Position numbers and translations under genes: made by a program. From Flavobacteriaceae bacterium (GTDB taxonomy: Bacteria > Bacteroidota > Bacteroidia > Flavobacteriales > Flavobacteriaceae), in the NCBI GenBank assembly GCA_021647885.1, contig JAKITV010000006.1:20272-84271 (forward strand): a stretch of DNA of 64,000 nucleotides, given 5' to 3'. Below the pieces are notes generated by a model, which saw only the letters and a program-made list of their open reading frames with translations, did not search any database and was not told where the DNA came from. Each line of letters starts with the position of its first letter. Position 1 is the stretch's first letter. Shown here piece by piece: positions 38,605 through 46,947 of the stretch.

Positions 38605-39147
38605 TTATTTATCCGTTAATAGTTTCTTTAATGTATTCCAGCGAGGATCATTTTTTTTCTTTTCTTTTTTATCCTCTAAGCCTTTTGGGCTTAACTCTTC
38701 TAATTTATCGAGTATTTCTGAATTTAATGTTCCATCATTTATGCCTGGATGGATTCTTCTAGTTGGCATCGAAAGCACAATTAATTCGTAAATGTATTGT
38801 GCAATATTTATTTCATATTCTGAATGAGAAATTATTAATACTTCTTCATTTTCATCATCAAAATCATCTCCAAAATTAACCACTAAATCAAAGCAATTCT
38901 CAATGTCTTGATCATAAGGCTCGTTGGTTAAATCACAAAAAACATTAATCAATCCTTTCGCATTGAAAGTCAATTCTAAAAATGATGCTTTTTTATTTAA
39001 AACAACGCTAATGTTTACGCTTACATCATTAAACTCTTCATATTCAAAATACTCAAAGAACTTTTCATCAATCTTATACTCAAAACAATGCTCTCCTATT
39101 TTTAATCCTACAAAAGGAATTATAAACTCTTTCAATGGCTTCATCAT
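38605..39147 (-). CDS. YceD / DUF177 family protein
   Basis: CDLTNEPY, YIYELIVLSMP, DPRWNTLKKL; directly upstream of rpmF. Confidence 0.9.
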   Translation of the reverse strand: MMKPLKEFIIPFVGLKIGEHCFEYKIDEKFFEYFEYEEFNDVSVNISVVLNKKASFLELTFNAKGLINVFCDLTNEPYDQDIENCFDLVVNFGDDFDDENEEVLIISHSEYEINIAQYIYELIVLSMPTRRIHPGINDGTLNSEILDKLEELSPKGLEDKKEKKKNDPRWNTLKKLLTDK

Positions 39148-39217
39148 CACTTTTATTTCGAGCGTGCAAATATATGAAATTTTATTTACGTTGTTGAGGT
39201 TATAAACATTTTTTCGT

Positions 39218-40264
39218 TTATATCTTTTTTGATTGTTTTATTAATGGATTTGTACTCCATTGTTTATGCATTCTCCTGTTTTTAAAGATTTTAATTCCTG
39301 TAAATAACGCTTCTTTAAAAGAGTTAATATCTGCCACTCCCTTGCCTGCGATTTCATAAGCAGTTCCGTGGTCTGGAGAGGTTCTAATTCTATTTAATCC
39401 AGCGGTAAAATTTACACCTTGTCCAAAAGACAATGTCTTAAAAGGGATTAATCCTTGGTCGTGATATGCTGCTACAACAGCATCAAACTGTTTGTAATTA
39501 TTTGACCCAAAAAAACTATCGGCTGAATATGGTCCAAAAACCAATTTACCTTGTTCTCTGATTTTTATTAATGCTGGTTTTAAAATAGTGTCATCCTCTT
39601 TTCCAATTACTCCGTTATCTCCAGTATGAGGATTAATTCCTAAAACTGCAATTTTAGGTTTTTGAATCCCAAAATCTTTTATTAACGTATTATAAATGGT
39701 GTCAATTTTAGATTCAATAAGCTCCTCTGTTATACTCGATGTAATGTCTTTAACTGGAACGTGATCGGTAAGTAACCCAACTTTTAAGGTTTCGGTAACC
39801 ATAAACATTAAACTATTGCCTTCTAATTCTTGGTTTAAATAGTCTGTATGACCTGGAAAGTTAAATTTTTCTGACTGTATATTGTGCTTATTAATTGGTG
39901 CTGTAATTAATATATCAATTTTAGAATTTTTTAAAGCTTTGGTTGCAGCTACAAAAGATTTTATTGCATATTCCCCAATTTTAAAGTCTTCTGTTCCAAA
40001 TTCGATTTTTACGTCTTCATTCCATACATTCACAATGTTTACCTTCCCTTGTTGTGCTTGCTCGACTTTATTTATACTATTAAAATTAATATTGCTTTTA
40101 AAATGTTTTTTTAAAAAAGAAAAGGTTTTAATTGAAGCAAAAATTATTGGAGTGCAAAAATCTAGAATTCTATGATCTTCAAAAAGTTTAAGTATTATTT
40201 CCCCTCCAATACCGTTAAGATCTCCTGTAGAAATACCGACTTTTATTTTTTCTTCTTGACTCAT
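39218..40264 (-). CDS. pdxA: 4-hydroxythreonine-4-phosphate dehydrogenase
   Basis: GDLNGIG, TAPINK, GHT, NPH, YHDQGL, RTSPDHGTA. Confidence 0.94.
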   Translation of the reverse strand: MSQEEKIKVGISTGDLNGIGGEIILKLFEDHRILDFCTPIIFASIKTFSFLKKHFKSNINFNSINKVEQAQQGKVNIVNVWNEDVKIEFGTEDFKIGEYAIKSFVAATKALKNSKIDILITAPINKHNIQSEKFNFPGHTDYLNQELEGNSLMFMVTETLKVGLLTDHVPVKDITSSITEELIESKIDTIYNTLIKDFGIQKPKIAVLGINPHTGDNGVIGKEDDTILKPALIKIREQGKLVFGPYSADSFFGSNNYKQFDAVVAAYHDQGLIPFKTLSFGQGVNFTAGLNRIRTSPDHGTAYEIAGKGVADINSFKEALFTGIKIFKNRRMHKQWSTNPLIKQSKKI

Positions 40265-40330
40265 TAAAAAATGATGTGTTTTGTTCGTAATTTTGATGAT
40301 ACAAATTTAATCAAATAAACAGACAATATT

Positions 40331-40921
40331 ATGTTCACTGGAATAATTGAAGATCTAGGCACTGTAACTAATCTAAAACACGATTTAGATAATCTTCACA
40401 TTACTTTAAAAAGTAAAATAACTTCTGAATTAAAAATAGATCAAAGCGTATCTCATAATGGAGTTTGTTTAACAGTAATAAATATTAAGGATGACGAATA
40501 TACGGTAACGGCAATAAAAGAAACGTTAACTAAATCAAATCTTAGTGGTCTCAAAATAAATGATACTATAAATTTAGAAAGAGCTTTAAAGCTTGGAGAC
40601 AGGCTTGATGGGCATATCGTACAAGGTCATGTTGATCAAACTGCTGTTTGTATAGATATTAATACAGAAAAAGGAAGTTGGTTTTATACCTTTAAGTATA
40701 ATCCAAACACAGGAAATCTAACTATTGAAAAAGGCTCAGTAACAATAAATGGTGTTAGTTTAACGGTTGTTGATTCTAAAGTTGAAACTTTTAGTGTGGC
40801 AATTATACCTTATACATACGAGCACACTAACTTTAAAAGCTTTAAAGTTGGGTCGATTGTAAATATAGAGTTTGATGTTATTGGAAAGTACGTGTCTAAA
40901 TTACAAGGGTTGAAATTTTAG
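40331..40921 (+). CDS. ribE: Riboflavin synthase (alpha chain)
   Basis: MFTGIIE N-terminus, GVCLTV, GHIVQGHVD. Confidence 0.96.
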   Translation: MFTGIIEDLGTVTNLKHDLDNLHITLKSKITSELKIDQSVSHNGVCLTVINIKDDEYTVTAIKETLTKSNLSGLKINDTINLERALKLGDRLDGHIVQGHVDQTAVCIDINTEKGSWFYTFKYNPNTGNLTIEKGSVTINGVSLTVVDSKVETFSVAIIPYTYEHTNFKSFKVGSIVNIEFDVIGKYVSKLQGLKF

Positions 40922-40928
40922 AAACTTT

Positions 40929-41120
40929 CTATTTTAAAAGCTGAAGCCTTTTTTTAATCCCATACAAAATACCAATTGCGAAAACAAAAAGTACTGCTCC
41001 GTCAACAGGCAGACCAGGTGGTGGTGGTGGTGCTGGCGGCGGCGGCATGTCTTGAGCTGCACATACAAAACTTATTAAAACAAATAAGATTGAGGCAAAT
41101 TTTCTTTTGTTTTGTACCAT
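40929..41120 (-). CDS. Small exported Pro-rich protein with PID-CTERM-like sorting signal
   Basis: Signal peptide ending AAQ, PPPPAPPPPPG, LPVDG, TM helix, KKR tail. Confidence 0.7.
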   Translation of the reverse strand: MVQNKRKFASILFVLISFVCAAQDMPPPPAPPPPPGLPVDGAVLFVFAIGILYGIKKRLQLLK

Positions 41121-41240
41121 ATATTTTGCGTAAATGTATTAAAAAAAGCGAATTATCAAAAATTAAAACGTTAAAAAGCTCTTTTAAAAGCAAAAATCAT
41201 CGACGAAATGCATTTAAATTGAATTATATGTAGAGGGATG

Positions 41241-41314
41241 TGGTCCCACATGGGCTCGAACCATGGACCCCCTGATTATGAGTCAGGTGCTCTAACCAGC
41301 TGAGCTATGGGACC
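41241..41314 (-). tRNA. tRNA with CAT anticodon, most likely tRNA-Ile2 (lysidine)
   Basis: GGTCCCATAGCTCAG...CCTGA-CTCATAA-TCAGG...GTTCGAGCCCATGTGGGACCA; G1-C72 paired (not initiator), ileX-like acceptor stem. Confidence 0.88.
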
Positions 41315-41361
41315 TAATTTGAGTGCAATATTAACATTTATTTTAAAACTCCACAAGAAAA

Positions 41362-41775
41362 TTATTCTTTATTAGCAATCTCTTGACAGAGCTCTATAAG
41401 TACTCCATTTGTAGATTTTGGATGCAAAAACACGACTAGTTTATTGTCTGCTCCAATTTTTGGTTTTTCGTTCAACACAACAAACCCTTCCTCTTTTAAT
41501 CTGGAAATTTCTGCTTCAATATCATTAACTTTAAAAGCGATATGATGAATACCCTCACCTCTTTTATTAATAAATTTTGCGATTGGACTATCTCCATTTG
41601 TGGCTTCTAATAGTTCTATTTTATTTGCTCCTACTTTAAAAAATGAAGTTTTCACTCCCTCGCTAACAACCTCTTCTATTTTATAGTGTGGTTTTCCGAA
41701 AAGTTTCTCAAACAATTCATTTGACTTTTTAATATCCTTTACAGCAATGCCTATATGTTCTATTTTATTAATCAT
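41362..41775 (-). CDS. mce: Methylmalonyl-CoA epimerase
   Basis: IEHIGIAV, KIELLE, GEGIHHIAF, FLHPKSTNGVLIEL. Confidence 0.92.
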   Translation of the reverse strand: MINKIEHIGIAVKDIKKSNELFEKLFGKPHYKIEEVVSEGVKTSFFKVGANKIELLEATNGDSPIAKFINKRGEGIHHIAFKVNDIEAEISRLKEEGFVVLNEKPKIGADNKLVVFLHPKSTNGVLIELCQEIANKE

Positions 41776-41843
41776 ACCGTAAATTTAACTTAAAACCCTA
41801 ATGTTTTAAAGCATTAAAGAAGGAAATATCTTATTTTTGCATT

Positions 41844-42236
41844 ATGGAAAATAACAGACAGAAAAAAATTGCTTCAGTATTACAGCTCGACTTAGTGGAT
41901 GTATTACAAAGTGCTGCAACTCAAGGAGGATTGCGCGGGATAATTATTTCGGTTACAAAAGTAAATGTTACTGTGGATTTGTCTATTGCTAAAGTGTATT
42001 TAAGTATTTTTCCTGTAAATAAGGGTAAAGAATTATTAGAAGGAATAAAATCTAATTCCTCTTTAATTAAACATGAATTAGCACAAAGAACCAGACACCA
42101 ATTAAGACGTATGCCTCATCTGTCTTTTTTTCTTGATGATTCTTTAGAATATATCGACCAAATTAATCGCTCCTTAAAGGGTTTAGACAATCCCATTGAT
42201 GATCCAGACTTACTTGACAGGAAGAAAAAGTCATAA
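41844..42236 (+). CDS. rbfA: Ribosome-binding factor A
   Basis: RQKKI, DLSIAKVYLS, LRRMPHLSFFLDDS. Confidence 0.93.
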   Translation: MENNRQKKIASVLQLDLVDVLQSAATQGGLRGIIISVTKVNVTVDLSIAKVYLSIFPVNKGKELLEGIKSNSSLIKHELAQRTRHQLRRMPHLSFFLDDSLEYIDQINRSLKGLDNPIDDPDLLDRKKKS

Positions 42237-42287
42237 TTGAGTTTTTAAACTGTTAGTTTTTACTATTTTTTCATAATATTATAGATT

Positions 42288-43490
42288 ATGAATGTTTCAC
42301 TATACATAGCCAAACGTTATTTGTTTTCTAAAAGCAGTAACAATGCCATAAATTTTATTACAATAATTGCTGCTATTGGAGTAATTATTGGCTCAGCCTC
42401 ATTATTTATTGTGTTATCTGGTTTTGCAGGATTAAAAGATTTTAGTTTACAGTTTTCCTCAATAGTCGATCCAGATTTAAAGATATTGTCGGCAAAAGGC
42501 AAATCGTTTAAAATAACACAAGAAGAACTAACACAACTTGACGCTCTAGAAGGAATTGCTTTATATTCAAAAGTTATCGAAGAGCGCGTTATTCTAAATT
42601 TTGACAACAAACATATAATTGCCAATCTAAAAGGGGTTGATGAAAATTATCCTAAATCAACCATTGATTCTATTCTTGTTCAGGGACATTGGTTTGAGCC
42701 GAATACCGACCAAATAGTGGCTGGCTGGGGCATTTCTAATAATTTATCTTTTGGTGTTTTTGATTTTGCTAAAACCATAAGGATTTCTGTCCCAAAGCCA
42801 GGAAAGGGGCAAATATCTTCTATTAAAGGTATTTTTAATTCTGTTAATGCAACCAATTCTGGCGTATTTCAAATAAACGAAGAATTAGATAATATGTACG
42901 TGTTTGCAAATTTTGATACAGCTCAATATTTATTAGGCTATAAAAAAAATCAAATTAGCGCAATTGAACTTCAGTTAACAAACCCAGAGGATATATTAAT
43001 TATTAAACAACAACTGCTTAATGTCTTTGGAAATAAAATCGTTGTTAAAAACAGAATGCAACTCAATGATGCGTTATATAAAATGTTGAATACAGAATAT
43101 CTTGCTGTTTATTTGATTTTTACTCTTGTTTTAATTATTGCCCTTTTTAATGTTATTGGCTCAATAGTAATGATGATACTTGATAAAAAGAAAAACCTAA
43201 ATACTTTATTTAATCTTGGCGCGACGATAAAAGATATTCGATATATTTTCTTTTTACAAGGAAGCCTAATGACCCTAATTGGCGGTAGTATTGGACTGCT
43301 TTTAGGTTTTATTCTAATTTGGTTTCAAAAAATGTTCTCTCTGGTTATGATTACTTCATCTCTTCCATATCCAGTTACCATAAAACCAGTAAATTTTGTA
43401 ATTGTTTTTGCTACAATTTCAATTCTAGGCATTTTAGCATCAAAAATTGCATCTGCCAGAATTTCCAAACAATTAATTACAGCATTCTAA
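42288..43490 (+). CDS. LolC/E-type (FtsX-like) ABC transporter permease
   Basis: YIAKRYL, N-terminal TM, periplasmic domain, IALFN...LGAT, three C-terminal TMs. Confidence 0.88.
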   Translation: MNVSLYIAKRYLFSKSSNNAINFITIIAAIGVIIGSASLFIVLSGFAGLKDFSLQFSSIVDPDLKILSAKGKSFKITQEELTQLDALEGIALYSKVIEERVILNFDNKHIIANLKGVDENYPKSTIDSILVQGHWFEPNTDQIVAGWGISNNLSFGVFDFAKTIRISVPKPGKGQISSIKGIFNSVNATNSGVFQINEELDNMYVFANFDTAQYLLGYKKNQISAIELQLTNPEDILIIKQQLLNVFGNKIVVKNRMQLNDALYKMLNTEYLAVYLIFTLVLIIALFNVIGSIVMMILDKKKNLNTLFNLGATIKDIRYIFFLQGSLMTLIGGSIGLLLGFILIWFQKMFSLVMITSSLPYPVTIKPVNFVIVFATISILGILASKIASARISKQLITAF

Positions 43491-44479
43491 ACGAATTGGT
43501 GATTGGGAAATTTATCTAAAACTGTATCTAAAACTTCGAAAACATCTTTAGCATCATCACTAGTTACCATTTTCATTCTATATTCTTTAAAGTGTGGAAT
43601 GCCTCTAAAATAATTGGTATAATGTCTTCTTGTTTCAAAAACTCCCAGTTTTTCTCCTTTCCAATCAATTGCCATTTGTAAATGACGTTTTGCTGCACCA
43701 ACACGTTCCTGCATTGTTATAGGCGCTAACTGCTTTCCTGTTTTAAAAAAGTGCTTTACCTGTTTAAAAAACCAAGGATTTCCTATACTTGCTCGCCCAA
43801 TCATTGCGCCATCTAGTCCATATTTATCGCGCATCTCCATAGCTTTTTCTGGTGTATCAACATCGCCATTTCCAAACACAGGAATGTGCATTCTTGGGTT
43901 GTTTTTAACTTGAGAAATTGGTTTCCAGTCAGCAACTCCTTTATACATTTGTGCTCGTGTACGACCATGAATGGAGATTGCCTTACAGCCAACATCTTGA
44001 AGCCTTTCGGCTACTTCAACAATTTTTATTGAATTGTGATCCCAGCCTAATCGTGTTTTAACAGTTATTGGTAAATGTGTGCGTTTTACCATTGCCTCTG
44101 TAAGCGAGACCATTAAATCTATATCTTTTAAAATACCTGCTCCTGCTCCTTTTGAAACTACTTTTTTTACTGGGCAGCCAAAATTAATATCTATAATATC
44201 TGGATTCGATTTCTCCACAATCTCAACCGATTGTAGCATACTATCTAAGTTTGCGCCAAATATTTGAATGCCAACTGGACGTTCTTTTTCATAAATGTCC
44301 AGCTTCATTGTGCTTTTAACGGCATCTCTTATTAAGCCTTCGCTAGAAATAAATTCGGTGTAAACAACATCTGCACCTTGTTCTTTGCACAGTGCTCGAA
44401 AAGGAGGGTCGCTAACATCTTCCATTGGCGCTAATAACAATGGAAAGTCTGGTAATTCTATGTTATCAATTTTAACCAA
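43487..44479 (-). CDS. dusB: tRNA-dihydrouridine synthase B
   Basis: LAPME, DINFGCP, IHGRTR, GNGD. Confidence 0.94.
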   Translation of the reverse strand: MVKIDNIELPDFPLLLAPMEDVSDPPFRALCKEQGADVVYTEFISSEGLIRDAVKSTMKLDIYEKERPVGIQIFGANLDSMLQSVEIVEKSNPDIIDINFGCPVKKVVSKGAGAGILKDIDLMVSLTEAMVKRTHLPITVKTRLGWDHNSIKIVEVAERLQDVGCKAISIHGRTRAQMYKGVADWKPISQVKNNPRMHIPVFGNGDVDTPEKAMEMRDKYGLDGAMIGRASIGNPWFFKQVKHFFKTGKQLAPITMQERVGAAKRHLQMAIDWKGEKLGVFETRRHYTNYFRGIPHFKEYRMKMVTSDDAKDVFEVLDTVLDKFPNHQFV

Positions 44480-44522
44480 ATCTTGAATTTTTCTATAAAA
44501 TTACATCTTTTAATTATAGGCA

Positions 44523-44554
44523 AGACCTCACAGGTTTTAAAACCTGTGAGGTCT
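44523..44554. repeat. Perfect 32-bp palindrome (REP-like; may also act as a terminator)
   Basis: AGACCTCACAGGTTTT|AAAACCTGTGAGGTCT; each arm contains ACCT-N3-AGGT. Confidence 0.7.
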
Positions 44555-44577
44555 AATCAATCTTTTTTATCAATTCT

Positions 44578-45804
44578 TTAAAACGTTACCTCAACCTCAA
44601 TTGTTTCTCCGTTTCTAACAATTTTTGCTGTAGTTGTATTTCCTTTTTCAAATTTAGATAAGGCTGTCATGTAGCCCATCATATCGTTTATTTCTATTTC
44701 TCCTAATTGAATTACAATATCTCCTTTTTGTATGCCTGCTTTATGTGCTGGTTTATCATCAGTAACTCCATCTATTCTCATTCCTTTTCCATCAAACATA
44801 TAATCTGGCACAACACCAAGTGTTACTTTAAAACGCGGTGTGTTCTCGCTTTCGTTTTTGGTTTTTCTGAATTCTAATTTGCCATTATCATCAAGATCTG
44901 TAATAATATCAAAAATAAATGCTGAAATAGCTTCCATGCCTTCATAATTCAATAAATTAGAATCATCGCTTGGTTTATGGTAGTCCTCGTGCTGACCTGT
45001 AAAAAAGTGTAAAACAGGAATGTCGTTTAAATAAAACGAAGTATGGTCTGAAGGTCCAACGCCTGATTCCTTTTCAATAAGTTTAAACTTATTATTACTC
45101 GCATTAATTACTTGTTTAAAAACAGGTGTCGTTCCAACACCGTAAACAGCTAAAGTACTATCCTTTTTTAAACGACCAATCATGTCCATGTTTAGCATAT
45201 AATTAACCGAATCTAACTCTATGGTTGCATTCTTAACAAAATAGTTTGAGCCCAACAATCCCATTTCTTCACCAGAAAAAGCCATAAACAAATAGTTATT
45301 GTTTGTATTTGTGTTTTTAAGTTTACTTGCTAAATTTAGCATTACTGCAACTCCACTTGCGTTATCGTCTGCACCATTGTGTATAGCTTTATCTTCTTCT
45401 CTATGTAAAGAGCCTTCGGATCCAAAACCTAAATGATCGTAATGAGCACCAATTATTATGGTTTGATCTGCATTATTATTTATATAGCCTAAAACATTTG
45501 TTCCAGTTATGGTGCTGTCGGAATTCGCTGTACTATATTTTACTTCTTGGTGAGGGTCTGTTTTTGGCTTAAATGTAAATTCTTGGAAATACGCATTAGT
45601 TCCTTTAGGGCTTAGCTCTAAGCTTTTAAAACGTTCTGCAATATAATTTGCGGCTGCTTTTTCACCTTCTGTTCCAGTTTCTCTTCCTTCTAATTTATCA
45701 TCTGATAAAAAAATTACATCTTCTTGAATTTTATTTTCTGGTGTATATTCTTGTTTACATGCCAAAAAAGACATAAAAAAAAGTATAATAAATAATTGTT
45801 TCAT
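44578..45804 (-). CDS. M28-family metallopeptidase lipoprotein with C-terminal PDZ domain
   Basis: FLAC lipobox, GAHYDH, GADDNASG, GEEMGLLGS, SDH, YH; PDZ (LGVVP...PAHKAGIQKGD). Confidence 0.9.
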   Translation of the reverse strand: MKQLFIILFFMSFLACKQEYTPENKIQEDVIFLSDDKLEGRETGTEGEKAAANYIAERFKSLELSPKGTNAYFQEFTFKPKTDPHQEVKYSTANSDSTITGTNVLGYINNNADQTIIIGAHYDHLGFGSEGSLHREEDKAIHNGADDNASGVAVMLNLASKLKNTNTNNNYLFMAFSGEEMGLLGSNYFVKNATIELDSVNYMLNMDMIGRLKKDSTLAVYGVGTTPVFKQVINASNNKFKLIEKESGVGPSDHTSFYLNDIPVLHFFTGQHEDYHKPSDDSNLLNYEGMEAISAFIFDIITDLDDNGKLEFRKTKNESENTPRFKVTLGVVPDYMFDGKGMRIDGVTDDKPAHKAGIQKGDIVIQLGEIEINDMMGYMTALSKFEKGNTTTAKIVRNGETIEVEVTF

Positions 45805-45848
45805 AATATAAATATTTAGTTTTGCTAAAATTACTAATTATTACCCTT

Positions 45849-46946
45849 ATGAAGTATATATATGCGCTTTTATTTGTCTCTGTTTTATTTTCTTGCAAGA
45901 AAAACACAACTGTAAATATTAAAGAAAAAGATACTGTTGAAACTGTTAAAAATCCTTTGATATATCCTGAAGAAATACACTTTAAATCTTTGCGTCAAGT
46001 AACTTTTGGTGGTGATAATGCTGAAGCGTATTGGAGTTTTGACGATAAACAAATAATATTTCAATCAAACAATAAAAACTGGAATGTGTCTTGTGACCAA
46101 ATGTTTTTAATGGATGTTAATGATACTTTCGATAGTGTTATTCCGCCTATAATAAGCACAGGAAAAGGAAGAACGACTTGCGCGTACTTTTTGCCAGACA
46201 ATAAGCATATAATTTATGCTTCAACTCATTTAAATGCTGATGAATGTCCAGAAGCGCCTATACGAAAAGAAGGAAAGTACGTGTGGCCAATTTATGATTC
46301 TTACGATATTTTTGTAGCTGATTTACAAGGTAATATCGTAAATCAACTAACTAACGAAGATGGTTATGATGCAGAGCCAACCGTTTCTCCTAAAGGTGAT
46401 AAAATAGTATTTACCTCAACACGAAGTGGCGATTTAGAATTGTACACCATGAATATTGATGGAAGCAACGTAAAGCAAATTACTTTTGAGTTGGGTTATG
46501 ATGGCGGCGCATTCTTTTCGCCTGACGGAACAAAAATCATTTTCCGTTCGTCACGACCTAAAACTGAATCTGAGATTAAAGAATATAAAGACTTATTAGC
46601 CGAAGGATTAGTACAGCCTACTGATATGGAACTTTATATTTGCAATGCCGACGGAAGCGATTTGAGGCAATTAACTCATCTTGGGAATGCTAATTGGAGC
46701 CCATTTTTTCATCCTTCAGGAGAGAAAATTTTGTTCTCTTCTAACTTTGAAGCCGAACGCGGTTTTCCTTTTAACTTATATATGATTGATCTTGATGGGA
46801 AAAACCTTGAGCGCATAACACATAGCGAAACTTTTGATGCTTTTCCTGTGTTTTCTAATGATGGCAAAAAGTTGATTTTTTCATCTAACAGAAATAATGG
46901 TGGAGGGCGTGATACTAATTTGTTTATTGCAGAGTGGCAAGACTAA
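45849..46946 (+). CDS. TolB-like PD40 beta-propeller lipoprotein
   Basis: LFSC lipobox after ATG 45849; repeated SPDG..I.F.S.R motifs. Confidence 0.87.
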   Translation: MKYIYALLFVSVLFSCKKNTTVNIKEKDTVETVKNPLIYPEEIHFKSLRQVTFGGDNAEAYWSFDDKQIIFQSNNKNWNVSCDQMFLMDVNDTFDSVIPPIISTGKGRTTCAYFLPDNKHIIYASTHLNADECPEAPIRKEGKYVWPIYDSYDIFVADLQGNIVNQLTNEDGYDAEPTVSPKGDKIVFTSTRSGDLELYTMNIDGSNVKQITFELGYDGGAFFSPDGTKIIFRSSRPKTESEIKEYKDLLAEGLVQPTDMELYICNADGSDLRQLTHLGNANWSPFFHPSGEKILFSSNFEAERGFPFNLYMIDLDGKNLERITHSETFDAFPVFSNDGKKLIFSSNRNNGGGRDTNLFIAEWQD

Positions 46947-46947
46947 A

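Noticed and set aside
41241-41314. Calling the CAT tRNA initiator or elongator Met
   Set aside because: Paired 1-72 and no GGG/CCC anticodon stem exclude initiator; the acceptor stem favours Ile2, though elongator Met is not fully excluded.
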